A stretch of DNA of 64,000 nucleotides from assembly GCA_027003075.1 (NCBI GenBank), contig JALWYV010000010.1:3900-67899 (forward strand), read 5' to 3'. The notes under the pieces were generated by a model. That model worked only from the letters and a program-made list of their open reading frames with translations, was not told the origin of the DNA and did no database searches. A program made the position numbers and the translations under genes. The stretch's first letter is position 1, and every line of letters starts with the position of its first letter. The DNA comes from a candidate division WOR-3 bacterium. Its GTDB lineage: Bacteria; Hydrothermota; Hydrothermia; LBFQ01. Of the stretch, positions 20,216 to 31,412 are shown one piece after another.

Positions 20216-21934
20216 ATGCTGCGGAAGTCTGGAACACTGCTTCTGACTTTTCTGATCGTACCTTTCGCCCTCAGGGCGGATACGCTTGCCATAATACACG
20301 TGAACGATACCCATCACCACCTCTTCCCATACAAGTCGTGGAACGGTATAGCCTCGGCGGCCTACAAGATCCGGGAACTGAAAGGCATGTACCCCAACCA
20401 CCTCTTCTTCCACGCCGGCGACGTATTCGTTGGCGACTTCTCCTTTCCCTACGGCCTCGGACGCGAGGAGTTAAAACTCCTCAGCCTGCTATCACCCGAC
20501 GCCATAACGATCGGAAACCACGAGCTGGACATAACCCCCGATAGCCTGTACTCCGTCCTCTCCGACGTCGGTGGCTTTACTACCTTCCTCTCGGCCAACC
20601 TCCGCCCCGACACCATCCCCCTCGCCTCTCTGGTCAGACCCTATACCACCTTCAACAGATCGGGTAAACTCATCTGCGTTCTCGGATTGACGACGAACCA
20701 GTTCAACCTCCTCAGCCCTGCCCAGCAACCCGTTCAGTTTGAGAATCCCGTTTACGTCGCCCAGATGTACGAGGATACCTTTGACGTCATGGGATGCGAT
20801 TACAGGATAATCCTCTCCCACGCCGGTGTAGACGTTGACAGCACCATAGCCTCCCAGACCCGCAGTTACAACCTCATAGTCTCCGGTCATACCCATACGT
20901 GCTACGAGGAGCCGGCCAGAATAGTGAACGTCTCCGGGGATACGACCTACTTCGCCGAGGCCTGCCAGCACTACGAGGCCGTGGGCCTGTGGCTCATAGA
21001 CATGGCAACCTTAAGACCTGTAAGTTATACCCTCTTTCGTCTTGACGCCTCTTCACCCGTTGATAGCGAGTTCGTTGACTCCCTCAACGCCCTCAGGGGC
21101 AGGATAGAGGCGGTTTACGGGCCTGTGTTCTCCGACTTCATCGCCTACGCACCCCGCGAGTTGAGGAACGAACCGGACAGCCTTTACTACCTTGATACTC
21201 CCCTCGGCAACCTCATAGCAGACGCCCTGAGAGAGAAGGCGGGAGCCGACGTAGGCGTACTTCCGTACTTCTACATGGCCGAACCTCTCGCAGCCGGCAG
21301 AATAACTTCAAACGACGTTCTCATGGCCTTTCCCTACGGTCTGAGCGAGACGGCAATAACCGGGACGAACATGTACCTCCTGAAGGTCACCCTCCGGGGT
21401 GCCGACCTCTACACTCTCCTCTCCGTAACTCAGGACTTTACGGACAGCATACCGATAGCTCAGGTCTCGGGGATGACCTACCGGTTTGACCCGGCTGCCA
21501 GCCCACCCCTTGAACCCTCCGATATAACCGTCGGCGGTATGCCCCTTGATACGAATGCCACCTACTCCTTAGCCATGGATATGGGAACGCTCTACCTGGC
21601 CAACCTCCTTGGTATAACGCCCGTGGCGGTTGAGACCACCGCTTACACCATGTTTACGGCCATGCGGGAGTACTTCTCCGAACTGGGCGTAGTGGATCAC
21701 ACCTCCGAAGGCCGTATAATGTACAAAGGTATAACCACTATCAGGGAAAACAGGGGAGTAGAACTTTATTCCTTCAAAGTGAACGGCAGAGAGGTCGTAT
21801 CCGACTCACCCATAACCGTATTTGACGTATCCGGCAGGGTGCTGGCAGACAACGTACACCGTTTCGTGGCACCGTCCGCCGGTGTATTCTTTGTTAAAAT
21901 CGGACGGAGCGTGAGGAAGGTCGTCCTGCGATGA
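20216..21934 (+). CDS. Secreted 5'-nucleotidase / metallophosphatase with T9SS-type CTD
   Basis: IHVNDTH, AGD, IGNHE, LSHAG, SGHTH, LGNLIADA; C-terminal FDVSGR..GVFFVK. Confidence 0.88.
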   Translation: MLRKSGTLLLTFLIVPFALRADTLAIIHVNDTHHHLFPYKSWNGIASAAYKIRELKGMYPNHLFFHAGDVFVGDFSFPYGLGREELKLLSLLSPDAITIGNHELDITPDSLYSVLSDVGGFTTFLSANLRPDTIPLASLVRPYTTFNRSGKLICVLGLTTNQFNLLSPAQQPVQFENPVYVAQMYEDTFDVMGCDYRIILSHAGVDVDSTIASQTRSYNLIVSGHTHTCYEEPARIVNVSGDTTYFAEACQHYEAVGLWLIDMATLRPVSYTLFRLDASSPVDSEFVDSLNALRGRIEAVYGPVFSDFIAYAPRELRNEPDSLYYLDTPLGNLIADALREKAGADVGVLPYFYMAEPLAAGRITSNDVLMAFPYGLSETAITGTNMYLLKVTLRGADLYTLLSVTQDFTDSIPIAQVSGMTYRFDPAASPPLEPSDITVGGMPLDTNATYSLAMDMGTLYLANLLGITPVAVETTAYTMFTAMREYFSELGVVDHTSEGRIMYKGITTIRENRGVELYSFKVNGREVVSDSPITVFDVSGRVLADNVHRFVAPSAGVFFVKIGRSVRKVVLR

Positions 21935-22830
21935 AGGTTGACCCACCCTTCAGTACCGCCTACTGGGTATTTCCTCAGGATGCCAACCCCCTCGGCTACC
22001 TCTTTGGAGGCCGTCTGATGAGGTGGGTTATAAGGAGCGCCTCCATCTACTCCTCCATGCTCCTTCGCCGTCCCGTCGTCATAGGTTACATGGGCAGCTT
22101 TGACTTCATAAACCCCATACGGGTAGGGGATATGGTGAGCGTTCAGGTATCCCCCCTCTTTACAACCACCCACACCATCACCGTAAAGGTGGCCGTATTT
22201 GCCGGCGCCACATCCGACGAGGAGTTCCGTTTCACGACGGCCGCAGAGATGACCTTCATATCCATAGACGAGAAAGGGAAACCCGTGGCCCACGGTGTAC
22301 GCATCCCTTCCCCCACACTTGAAAGGGAACTGAAGGAGAAGATACGTTCGCTGAAGGAGGAGTACTCCCGACTTAAAGAGCCGGAGAGCTACGATCTGGA
22401 GACCACGTACGGTATAACGGCCGAGGATACCTTCTTTTACAACCTGATGTCCGGGGCGAAGCTCCTTGAGCACGTGGATCAGGTGGCCACACTCACGGCC
22501 ATAAGGTACGCTCAGGCACCTATGTTCACAGCCTCCATAGACGAGACCGTCTTCCTCAACCCCATAAGGTTAGGGGAGTACGTGGAGATATACACCCGTC
22601 TCAACGCCGTATGGCGAACGTCCGCGGAGGTGGAGGTCTGGGTATTCGCCAGCGACCCCATAGGCGGAGACCGTAGGCTCGCAACCCACATGTTCGTAAG
22701 CGCCGTATTAGTGGACAGAAGCCGCAAACTGCAGTCCTACGCCCACTCCCCGGAGATATACAAGGAGGCCACAAAGAGAAAGGAGGGACGTATACGCAGG
22801 AAGAGGGAACTGTTGAGCCGGCTGTCGTAA
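21931..22830 (+). CDS. Double-hotdog acyl-CoA thioesterase
   Basis: VFPQDANPLGYLFGG plus a second hotdog domain (TASIDETVFLNPI, RTSAEVEV). Confidence 0.85.
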   Translation: MKVDPPFSTAYWVFPQDANPLGYLFGGRLMRWVIRSASIYSSMLLRRPVVIGYMGSFDFINPIRVGDMVSVQVSPLFTTTHTITVKVAVFAGATSDEEFRFTTAAEMTFISIDEKGKPVAHGVRIPSPTLERELKEKIRSLKEEYSRLKEPESYDLETTYGITAEDTFFYNLMSGAKLLEHVDQVATLTAIRYAQAPMFTASIDETVFLNPIRLGEYVEIYTRLNAVWRTSAEVEVWVFASDPIGGDRRLATHMFVSAVLVDRSRKLQSYAHSPEIYKEATKRKEGRIRRKRELLSRLS

Positions 22831-22856
22831 CGGAACGTCCTTAGACTTACCGCCGT

Positions 22857-23651
22857 ATGGACAGGGTTAGAGAAGGGGAGTGGGTACTGCTGTGGGGCGG
22901 CCCCGACGCCAACTACCTCAGCGAGTACCGTCCCGGAAAGGCCGTACACTCTCACAGGGGAATAATCCACCTGCCGGAGGATCTCCTGTGGGGACAGGCC
23001 CTCATCTCCTCAACGGGAAGGGTCTTTTACGTTATAAGGCCCTCCAACGCCGACCTCGTCCTCAGGCTACGGAGGAAGACGAACATTTTTTATCCGAAGG
23101 ATATGGGTCTCGTGCTGATGTACACGGATTTCCAGCCCACGTCAAGGGTCATAGAGGTGGGGAGCGGGAGCGGGGCCATGGCCACGGTACTCACCCGTCT
23201 GATAGTTCCTCCGGGAAAACTCTACTCCTACGACGTCAACCCCCGGCATCAGAGGGTGGCGAGGGAGAACGTGGCGAAGTACGGTAAACCGGAGAACGTG
23301 GTATGGCACGTAAGGGACGTTGCGGAGTGCGGTTTTTGGGAGAGAGAGGCCGATATCGTGATAATAGACGTCCCGGAGCCGTGGGCCATAGTACCCCACG
23401 CCTACAGATCCCTTAAGGGAGGGGGATTTCTGGTGTCGGCATCCCCCAACGTAGAGCAGGTGAAGGAGACCCGCAGGGTTATGAACGAGCTCGGTTTCTT
23501 CGGAATACGCACCGTAGAACTGCTGATGAGGGACTGGCACATAAGGGAGGTGGGGTGCAGGCCGGATCATCGTATGCAGGGGCATACCTTATTTTACACC
23601 TTCGGGCGTAAGGTTATAGAGAAAGTCCAGAAGCCAACGACCGTAAAATAG
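22857..23651 (+). CDS. trmI: tRNA (adenine-58-N1)-methyltransferase
   Basis: [38 protein letters not shown]. Confidence 0.93.
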   Translation: MDRVREGEWVLLWGGPDANYLSEYRPGKAVHSHRGIIHLPEDLLWGQALISSTGRVFYVIRPSNADLVLRLRRKTNIFYPKDMGLVLMYTDFQPTSRVIEVGSGSGAMATVLTRLIVPPGKLYSYDVNPRHQRVARENVAKYGKPENVVWHVRDVAECGFWEREADIVIIDVPEPWAIVPHAYRSLKGGGFLVSASPNVEQVKETRRVMNELGFFGIRTVELLMRDWHIREVGCRPDHRMQGHTLFYTFGRKVIEKVQKPTTVK

Positions 23652-23659
23652 ACCGTTTC

Positions 23660-25519
23660 ATGAACAACAAGGGATCTTTCTGGATGACGCTTTTTGTTTG
23701 GGGGGGACTTATACTTGCGGGGTTGTTCGCGATACAGCTCTTTATGAACCCCCCATCTCAGGAGACGGAAATAACGTACAACACCTTCCTTGAGCTTGTG
23801 GAGTCGGAGAACATAGATACGCTCGTCGTCTCCGACGGCACCGTCTCTGGCGTACTCAAGCAACCCATGGTTATAAAGGACAAGCAGATAACCCGGTTCA
23901 GGCTCACCGTACCGCCGGAGGCGAGAGACAGGGAGTTCTTTAAGAACCTCGCCGAAAACGGGGTCGTTGTTATCTTCAAGAAGCGCCAGCTCTGGATGGA
24001 CCTGATCATAAGTTATCTGCCGTGGATCCTCATACTCCTCGCCCTGTGGTTCTTCATGTTCAGGTCGGTGAACGGGGGTGTGGGCAGGGCGTTTGACTTC
24101 GGAAAGAGCAGGGCAAAGATTTATACTGAAAACCGCCCCAACGTTACGTTTGACGACGTCGCCGACGCCAGAGAGGCGAAGGAAGAGCTGAAGGAGATCG
24201 TGGACTACCTTAGAAACCCGGCCAAGTACAGGAAGATAGGGGCAAGGGTGCCGAAGGGAATACTCTTAGTGGGACCGCCCGGAACGGGCAAAACTCTGCT
24301 TGCCCGTGCCGTCGCCGGAGAGGCCGGTGTACCCTTCCTCTCCATATCCGGGTCGGAGTTCGTTGAGATGTTCGTGGGTGTGGGGGCGGCGAGGGTCCGC
24401 GACCTGTTTGAGAAGGCCAAGAGGCTCGCCCCCGCCATCATATTCATAGACGAGATAGACGCCGTGGGCCGGATGAGGGGCGCGGGACTCGGAGGGGGTC
24501 ACGACGAGAGGGAGCAGACCCTCAACCAGCTCTTAGTTGAGATGGACGGGTTTGAAGCCGGAACGGGTATAATAGTCCTTGCGGCGACCAACAGGCCGGA
24601 CATACTTGACCCCGCACTCCTGAGGCCGGGGAGGTTTGACAGGATGGTGGTGGTTGAGAGGCCGGACCTTGAGGGGAGGTACGAGATCTTAAAACTCCAC
24701 GCCCGTAAAGTCCGTATGGCTCCGGACGTTGACCTGCGGAGGATAGCCGAACTGACGCCGGGGTTCTCCGGTGCGGACCTGGCCAACCTCATAAACGAGG
24801 CGGCCCTGCTCGCCGCCCGCAGGGGTAAGGAGATGGTGGAGCAGAAGGATCTGGAAGAGGCCGTTGAGAAGGTCATGATGGGGGTCGCCCGTGAGAGTTC
24901 TCCCCTCAGCGGGGAGGAGAAGAAGAGGGTGGCCTACCACGAAGCCGGACACGCCATAGTCTCCCGTATGCTTCCCCACGGGGATCCCGTTCACAAGGTT
25001 TCCATAATACCGAGGGGGATGGCCTTAGGGGTAACCCTATCCCTTCCGAAGGAGGAGAAGAAGATACTGCCCAAGGAGTACCTTGAGGACCTTCTGGCCA
25101 CCTTAATGGGAGGCCGGGTGGCGGAGAAGATAATATTCGGAGATTACTCCACGGGGGCTGCCAACGACCTTGAGAGGGCGACGGAGATAGCCCGGAAGAT
25201 GGTCACGGAGTGGGGAATGTCGGAGAGGGTCGGGCCGGCTACCTTCGGGAAGGTGGAGAAACATATATTTCTGGGCAGGGACATGGGCGTGAAGTCACCC
25301 GTATCGGAGAGGACTCTCCAGATAATAGACGAGGAGATAAAGCGGATAGTGACAGAGGCTGAGAGGAGGGCCGAGGAGATACTCCGTACCAACGAGGATA
25401 AACTCCACGCCGTCGCCAAAGCCCTCCTTGAGAGGGAGACCATATCCGGCAAGGAGTTAGACGAGATCCTCGGATTGGAGGGGAGTAAGGAGGGAACGGA
25501 GCAGAAGAAAGAGGGATGA
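23660..25519 (+). CDS. ftsH: ATP-dependent zinc metalloprotease FtsH
   Basis: Two TM segments, [42 protein letters not shown]. Confidence 0.99.
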   Translation: MNNKGSFWMTLFVWGGLILAGLFAIQLFMNPPSQETEITYNTFLELVESENIDTLVVSDGTVSGVLKQPMVIKDKQITRFRLTVPPEARDREFFKNLAENGVVVIFKKRQLWMDLIISYLPWILILLALWFFMFRSVNGGVGRAFDFGKSRAKIYTENRPNVTFDDVADAREAKEELKEIVDYLRNPAKYRKIGARVPKGILLVGPPGTGKTLLARAVAGEAGVPFLSISGSEFVEMFVGVGAARVRDLFEKAKRLAPAIIFIDEIDAVGRMRGAGLGGGHDEREQTLNQLLVEMDGFEAGTGIIVLAATNRPDILDPALLRPGRFDRMVVVERPDLEGRYEILKLHARKVRMAPDVDLRRIAELTPGFSGADLANLINEAALLAARRGKEMVEQKDLEEAVEKVMMGVARESSPLSGEEKKRVAYHEAGHAIVSRMLPHGDPVHKVSIIPRGMALGVTLSLPKEEKKILPKEYLEDLLATLMGGRVAEKIIFGDYSTGAANDLERATEIARKMVTEWGMSERVGPATFGKVEKHIFLGRDMGVKSPVSERTLQIIDEEIKRIVTEAERRAEEILRTNEDKLHAVAKALLERETISGKELDEILGLEGSKEGTEQKKEG

Positions 25520-25860
25520 GAAACCTGTTCATCCGCGTACTCCTCAACGGCCTCTCGCTCTTCGTTGTGGATTACCTCCTTGAGGGTTTCAGGATAGAGG
25601 GGTGGGAGGCCCTTCTGGTCACGGCCGTACTCCTCGGTGTGGTGAACGCCTTCCTCCTCCCTGTTCTCAAGATTTTGACCTTTCCCATAAACCTGATAAC
25701 GCTCGGTCTATGGAGTCTCATCCTTAACTTCTTCCTCTTCTGGGCTGTGATCGGTCTCGTTAACGGGGTTTATGTGGATAACCTGTGGTGGGGACTGGGA
25801 GCGTGGGCCCTTTACAGTGTTCTGGTGGCACTTCTGGGGATCTTTACGAGGGAGGGGTAA
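25516..25860 (+). CDS. YvlD/DUF360 (phage-holin-like) membrane protein
   Basis: [27 protein letters not shown] motif. Confidence 0.85.
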   Translation: MRNLFIRVLLNGLSLFVVDYLLEGFRIEGWEALLVTAVLLGVVNAFLLPVLKILTFPINLITLGLWSLILNFFLFWAVIGLVNGVYVDNLWWGLGAWALYSVLVALLGIFTREG

Positions 25861-25948
25861 TCGTAGCACAACAAGTTTCGCATTTTGACGAATTCCTGTA
25901 GCCCGTTTTCTACAGCGTCCACATTTCCGCCTTAAAATAGCGGTGGCC

Positions 25949-28900
25949 ATGCTACTAACAACGGTAGTAAGTGTAACATCTTTGGGAGCAACGAAGGTCG
26001 GGGAGCTGCGCTGGGGGAGGGAGATAGGAGTACCTATCTCAGTATCGCCAACTTACCTGCACTTCTACAGGGATGCAAACGGCCACGAGTACGTAGTGAC
26101 GAACATCCGTGGTGGTGGGGTACTTCTGATAAACGTGGACGATCCTACGAACCCGTACATAGCAAGCGTAGCACTGGCGGATCTGGACACGTTTAGATTA
26201 CTGGCGGATGCCACGGACGAGTTAGGGGTGGCAGACGTAGAGATATTCGGCAGGTGGATGTTCGTGGGTATAGGGAGTAGGAGTAGCGGAGGGATGGAGA
26301 TATGGGACATAAGCGACGGGACTGCACCTGCGAAGGTAGGGGTAGTCTTTTTTGATGGCAGCAGCATAGGGATAAACGGTGGGGTACATACGATATACGT
26401 GGACACCCTGAGGAGCAGGCTGTACGTGAGTTTGAACTTCAGATCCATGCACATCGTAAAGGTAGACACCAACAGACTGGCCGTGGGGGACGTTCTGGGC
26501 GCCCTTGACGTGAGGGATAGTATAAGCGTTGATAACGGAAGTTATCATCATGACATCTACGTCGTCCATGGGACGGGAGTGGATACGGTGTATACGTTTG
26601 CAGGATTCGGTGGCGATGATGTGTGTCCTCCCGGGAAGAAAGGTATAACGAGGTGGATAGTGGTGGACAACATCCTGGATAGAGTGATAGACAGTGGGTA
26701 CGTTGCGAAGTGTAGCGGGTACGGATTCTCGCACAGTGGAAGGATGTGGGGGGACAGCCTGCTGATAAACTTCTACGAGAGTGACGGGAGCGGCTTTGCG
26801 ATATACAGGTTAAACAAATCGGGTGGCATAAGCGTGGCAGAGACGCTGGTCTACTACAGGGCATCCGGTTTTGGGAGGGTGAGCAGCGTACACGAAGGGG
26901 AGATAAAGGACAGCCTGCTGTACGTGGCCTACTACTGGGGAGGGCTGAGGATATACGATCTCAGGGATCCTCGCAGGCCTGCACCGGTGGGGTACTACGA
27001 CTTCTACGACGAGGTAGAGGGGGAGCATATATTCAACGGAGCGAGCGACGTGAAGTTAATGGGCGGGTACATATACGTGGTGGGATACAGTGGATACCCT
27101 TACTACACTCCCGACAGGGACAGTGGGTACCTGTACATCTTTCAGTTCAACAACACCTACACCGTAGGTGAGGAGACGGTAGTGGTTAGAGGGTGCAAGT
27201 ACCCCACACACCTGAGGATAAACCTGACCGTTTCCGACACCAACGTTGAGCATGGGGTTGATATAGGCAGGTCCGACACCGCAGTCGTCAGATTGCCCCT
27301 TGGGAGCTACAGGGTAGAGGTACATCAGGAGTTTGACACCATAGAGGCAGTACTTGACACCTTCACCATGGTGGTGAACGGTACACCGGGTCTTTTCAAT
27401 AGCGGTGGGGAGTGCGCAGGGCTGAAGTACAACGGAGGGGATAAGGTGAAGGTGATCGGAGATGTGACCTCGGCGGTCTTCGTGAGCAACGGAAGGGTAG
27501 TTTACCTTGAGGGGAAGGGAAATGCGTGGAGTGGCCAGTACGTCCTCGGCAGAGGGGAGGAGGTGGCCATGGCGGGAGAAAGGGACGTCTGTATGGATCA
27601 CGACATCGTATGGATAAGGGGAGACACCCTGAAGTACGCCGCAAAGCCCATAGGAACGTCCGGGGCGATGGTGTTTGACAGCCTGCCCAGGGGTGGAAAC
27701 TGGAAGAACATAAGATTGCTGAACGTTGTAAGGGTGTGGGACACCCTCAACAACTACCTGATGCACGTCTTCTTCGTGGCGGATAGCACCAACGGAAAGA
27801 GCTACGTCGTCCACAACACCTACAGACCCTACAACATATGTCCCATAACCACCTTACCTGCTTTGATAGGCAGTGAGGTGCTGTGGGAGGTGAACGGAGC
27901 GAGTGGTCTGAGCGTGGACGAATGGAGCAGCGGAACTGAAAAACTCCACGTCGTATGGTTGAGCAGAGATACGCTCTACTACGCTAACTGGGATGGAACT
28001 GTGTGGGGCGATACCGCAATACTATCTGTGGGCAGTTTTTCTCGTGTTATAAGGGAGCCTACGGTTAAGGTAGAGGGTGGAGAGGTGTACGTCGGGTGGG
28101 TGGAGACCAACGGCGGCTGGCTCTTTTCTTCCATGACGGGATGGGGGATGTGGAGAAGCGGTGGTCTATGGAGGGACACCTTCCAGATCTACACTGCCCG
28201 TAGCATAAGTCGGGTGCATTATGCCGGTAGGGGGTACTACGTGATGGGGTATACGAACGGTTTCAGGAGTACCTTCACGTCCGAGTTGCTGGCACACGAT
28301 GTAAACAACAATATATCGTTCAACATGACAGATGCGCCCGGAGTTGAGGACGAGTGGCCGTACAGCAGCGTGAGTATAGGCTATCCCACCTACAACTGGA
28401 TCTTCAGGAACGTGTGGGAGGAGAGGGAAGGGTGGAGGAGATGGCTCAAGATAGGTGAGTACGAGTACACCACTCCGATAATGGGCTTCATGAGGGGTAT
28501 AACCCCTGTGTATCGTGGGAACGGTGTTTATGTGGGGGACAGTGGAGGTGTGTACATTGTGGAGGTGGTGAGGGGTGATGTGGCGTTACGGTTGGGTGGC
28601 AGGTACATGGGGAGGTACGGAGTGGGGGATATGGTGATCGTACCTGAGTGGGTTTATGAGGATGGGAAGGTGGAGATAGAAGGTGTTGGAGGTGAAGTGG
28701 TGCTGTACCACTTCAGCGGCAGGGGTGGTGGTACGGGCAGTGGTCCCATGGGTGTAGGCAGGAGGCCTATATCCTCTGCCGTTATAGGGCGAGAATTTGT
28801 AGAGGTTAAGCATGTGGGTGTGGTGAGAATATACGACGCCTCAGGCAGGGAGGTGAGGAGGGTAAAGGTTGAGGGCAAAGGTAAGGTTTACGTTGGTGAT

Positions 28901-28963
28901 CTGCCCTCAGGTGTTTACTTCTTGCGCTTAGGCAGGGAAACGATTAAGTTTATAAGGAGGTAG
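25949..28963 (+). CDS. Large secreted LVIVD / choice-of-anchor-B-like propeller protein with T9SS-type CTD
   Basis: GMEIWDISD, LYVAYYWGGLRIYDLRDP, His-rich HTIY/HHDIY/SHSG/VHEG; C-terminal IYDASGR..LPSGVYFLR; start ATG 25949 or GTG 25943. Confidence 0.75.
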   Translation: MLLTTVVSVTSLGATKVGELRWGREIGVPISVSPTYLHFYRDANGHEYVVTNIRGGGVLLINVDDPTNPYIASVALADLDTFRLLADATDELGVADVEIFGRWMFVGIGSRSSGGMEIWDISDGTAPAKVGVVFFDGSSIGINGGVHTIYVDTLRSRLYVSLNFRSMHIVKVDTNRLAVGDVLGALDVRDSISVDNGSYHHDIYVVHGTGVDTVYTFAGFGGDDVCPPGKKGITRWIVVDNILDRVIDSGYVAKCSGYGFSHSGRMWGDSLLINFYESDGSGFAIYRLNKSGGISVAETLVYYRASGFGRVSSVHEGEIKDSLLYVAYYWGGLRIYDLRDPRRPAPVGYYDFYDEVEGEHIFNGASDVKLMGGYIYVVGYSGYPYYTPDRDSGYLYIFQFNNTYTVGEETVVVRGCKYPTHLRINLTVSDTNVEHGVDIGRSDTAVVRLPLGSYRVEVHQEFDTIEAVLDTFTMVVNGTPGLFNSGGECAGLKYNGGDKVKVIGDVTSAVFVSNGRVVYLEGKGNAWSGQYVLGRGEEVAMAGERDVCMDHDIVWIRGDTLKYAAKPIGTSGAMVFDSLPRGGNWKNIRLLNVVRVWDTLNNYLMHVFFVADSTNGKSYVVHNTYRPYNICPITTLPALIGSEVLWEVNGASGLSVDEWSSGTEKLHVVWLSRDTLYYANWDGTVWGDTAILSVGSFSRVIREPTVKVEGGEVYVGWVETNGGWLFSSMTGWGMWRSGGLWRDTFQIYTARSISRVHYAGRGYYVMGYTNGFRSTFTSELLAHDVNNNISFNMTDAPGVEDEWPYSSVSIGYPTYNWIFRNVWEEREGWRRWLKIGEYEYTTPIMGFMRGITPVYRGNGVYVGDSGGVYIVEVVRGDVALRLGGRYMGRYGVGDMVIVPEWVYEDGKVEIEGVGGEVVLYHFSGRGGGTGSGPMGVGRRPISSAVIGREFVEVKHVGVVRIYDASGREVRRVKVEGKGKVYVGDLPSGVYFLRLGRETIKFIRR
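28763..28963 (+). repeat. 201-bp direct repeat, copy 1 (CTD-encoding)
   Basis: About 11 mismatches versus 30090-30290 by manual alignment. Confidence 0.92.
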
Positions 28964-28967
28964 GACG

Positions 28968-30290
28968 ATGGTGATGGTACTTGTGGCGTCGTTTTCTCAG
29001 GTGTGGAGGGTAAGAGGATACTCCTTTCTGCTTCAACCTCACGTCACGAAGATTGATAACACCTGGATGCTGTTCTTGAGATCAAAGGGGTTATGGTATA
29101 TTCTAAACGACACCACGTGGGTGTTGAGGGACAGCACAGGTATGTTTTATCTTGGTCACTATGACAGCGACAGGGATGGGAGAGAGGAGTTGTACTTCTA
29201 CGCATTAAGAAACGGGCCAGATACATTCTACATCTTTGAGGCAGACAGTCTGGGAAACTTTGACATCACAAGAGACAAGGCCGTATACGTAGATATAGCC
29301 TCAGGGAGCAACATGATGATGCCGGGTCCTCCCACGTGTTATTTTGGAGATGCTGACAGGGATGGGTACAGGGACGTGATATGCACACCCTACGCCTACG
29401 ACAGTTCAGTAGTGGGATGTGAATTATGCCCCTGGGCAGTGATGTTTGAAAGTGTAGGCGATAACTTATGGGAGAGGAAAGTTTTGACAAGCGATGCTCC
29501 TCGTTATCCTGCTCCCACGATGATAGACAGCGACAGGGATGGTAAGCCTGAGTTTGTGGGCAGTGGAGTGATATACGAGGTTGTAGGGGATGACTCGGTA
29601 GAGGAAGTAGCGAGGTTTAACCTGCCCCGTGCCAGTTATGCCTTGATGGTAAACGACGCCGATGGAGATGGTAGGCCGGAGATAGTGCTGTACGGTTTCG
29701 GTGGTACGAGTGGTATTCTCTACTTCCACGTCTACATCCTTGAGGCCGATACCGATAACTCATGGAACGTTGTCAAGCATATGATTATTGATAGTAGTGG
29801 GGCTGTGTGGATGGGTAGCGGCAACAGTGGAGATATAGACGGGGATGGGAGGCCTGAGTTGTTGATGGGGGGGTTTGGAAGGGTAAGGGTGTTGAAAGCC
29901 GTTGGCGATGACGATTACGAGGAGATAGGGGTGTTGAACGGTAGCATCTCGGACGTATCCGTCAGCAACGTCTACGACATGGATGAAGATGGACTTATGG
30001 AGTTTGCCGTGTCCTATTATTACGGCAGTGGTGTAGGCACGACCGTGGGTTACGAGTACGCACCTTTGAGTGTTGGGGAGCGAGAGGATAGGCCTATATC
30101 CTCTGCCGTTATAGGGCGTGAATTTGTAGAGGTTAAGCATGTGGGTGTGGTGAGGGTATACGACGCCTCAGGTAGGGAGGTTAGGAGGGCAGAGGTTGAG
30201 GGCAAAGGTAAGGTGTACGTTGGTGATCTACCTTCAGGTGTTTACTTCTTGCGCTTAGGCAGGAAAACGATTAAGTTTATAAGGAGGTAG
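28968..30290 (+). CDS. FG-GAP/VCBS repeat protein with T9SS-type CTD
   Basis: Six DxDxDGxxE/D calcium-binding motifs; CTD nearly identical to that of the upstream gene. Confidence 0.8.
   Translation: MVMVLVASFSQVWRVRGYSFLLQPHVTKIDNTWMLFLRSKGLWYILNDTTWVLRDSTGMFYLGHYDSDRDGREELYFYALRNGPDTFYIFEADSLGNFDITRDKAVYVDIASGSNMMMPGPPTCYFGDADRDGYRDVICTPYAYDSSVVGCELCPWAVMFESVGDNLWERKVLTSDAPRYPAPTMIDSDRDGKPEFVGSGVIYEVVGDDSVEEVARFNLPRASYALMVNDADGDGRPEIVLYGFGGTSGILYFHVYILEADTDNSWNVVKHMIIDSSGAVWMGSGNSGDIDGDGRPELLMGGFGRVRVLKAVGDDDYEEIGVLNGSISDVSVSNVYDMDEDGLMEFAVSYYYGSGVGTTVGYEYAPLSVGEREDRPISSAVIGREFVEVKHVGVVRVYDASGREVRRAEVEGKGKVYVGDLPSGVYFLRLGRKTIKFIRR
30090..30290 (+). repeat. 201-bp direct repeat, copy 2 (CTD-encoding)
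   Basis: About 11 mismatches versus 28763-28963. Confidence 0.92.
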
Positions 30291-30291
30291 C

Positions 30292-30750
30292 TCACTCCTC
30301 TATTATCTCCCTCTGTATCCCGTAGGGCGTTGGCGTCTCCTTGATTATCCTGTACTTCCGGAACTTTACCGCCCACCTGCGGAACTCAAACTTTAACTTC
30401 ATCCGGTAGGACCTCTGCTCCAGAAATACAGTCGTATCCACCGTTGGTGTCTTTTTATAGTGCCACGTGTACTCTACCACCACCAACCCCGGTTTCACCT
30501 TAGAGACGTCGTGGATCGTATGTTTGTACGGTATACCGTACCTCTTAAAGTAATTTTGCCAGTACTTAACGAAGTCTTTGTAAGGGGTATACCTGCGGGA
30601 AACTCCGTCTATGAGCATGTAAGCCTTCTTAAAGTCTCCACTCTCTATCGCCTTTAGATAGGCGTGGGCAACGGCCTCCGGGTCAAGGGTGTTGACGTTC
30701 ACCGTACAGCCTGCAATTCCCAATACTGCAATCAGAACGAGTTTTTTCAT
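30292..30750 (-). CDS. Hypothetical lipoprotein (NTF2/DUF4878-like)
   Basis: Lipobox IAGC; PEAVAHAYLKAIESGDFKKAY. Confidence 0.65.
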   Translation of the reverse strand: MKKLVLIAVLGIAGCTVNVNTLDPEAVAHAYLKAIESGDFKKAYMLIDGVSRRYTPYKDFVKYWQNYFKRYGIPYKHTIHDVSKVKPGLVVVEYTWHYKKTPTVDTTVFLEQRSYRMKLKFEFRRWAVKFRKYRIIKETPTPYGIQREIIEE

Positions 30751-30776
30751 CTTACTACCCCATTCTAAGGTCGGGA

Positions 30777-31412
30777 TCAGATCTCCTCTAACGGCCGGTG
30801 TTTGATTATTTCGCCCTCAACTATGAAGACGACATCCTCTGCTATGTTTGTGGCCAGATCGGCTATCCTCTCAAAGTTCTGGGCTATGCTCACGGTCTTA
30901 AGGGCCACGGGAGTGGGCAGGGTATCAACCGCCCTCTTCAGTATCTTGTCCCTCAGGGCGTCCACAACGTAATCTGATTTCCAGATCTCCCTCGCGAGCT
31001 CGGCGTCCCGGTTTTTAAAGGAGGAGTAAGCCTCCACGAAGGCCCTGCGGGATAGATCCCGTATCAGGGCTATATCCTCCCAGAGGTCCCCGAGGTTCTC
31101 CCCCTTCTCCCGGAAGAACTTCACGTCCCGAGCCACGTTCTCGGCGTGGTCCCCGATCCTCTCAAGATCGTTGTTGATCTTCAGGGCCATGAGTATCTCC
31201 CGCAGAGGGGAAGCCTCCGGATGGTACAGGGCTATGGTCTGGACTATGAGTTCGTCTATCTCTATCTCAAGGGCGTTTACCTTCTTCTCGTTGCTCAGGG
31301 TCTCCTCGGGGCGGTCAAGGGCGTTATCTATCATATCAACGATGGTGGAGTACATCTCGTCCAGTCTGGACTCAATCTTCTGGATGGCCTGCTCCAGAGG
31401 GCTATAGCTCAA
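30777..31412 (-). CDS. phoU: Phosphate signalling protein PhoU
   Basis: DLERIGDHAENVA and FERIADLATNIAEDV repeats. Confidence 0.95.
   Translation of the reverse strand: MSYSPLEQAIQKIESRLDEMYSTIVDMIDNALDRPEETLSNEKKVNALEIEIDELIVQTIALYHPEASPLREILMALKINNDLERIGDHAENVARDVKFFREKGENLGDLWEDIALIRDLSRRAFVEAYSSFKNRDAELAREIWKSDYVVDALRDKILKRAVDTLPTPVALKTVSIAQNFERIADLATNIAEDVVFIVEGEIIKHRPLEEI

Noticed and set aside
25516..25860. Prophage signalled by a holin-like gene
   Set aside because: YvlD/DUF360 is a common chromosomal family, here coupled to ftsH with no phage genes nearby
28763..30290. Diversity-generating retroelement TR/VR pair (also considered for X1/X2)
   Set aside because: Mismatches are not adenine-specific, both copies are coding, and no reverse transcriptase is present
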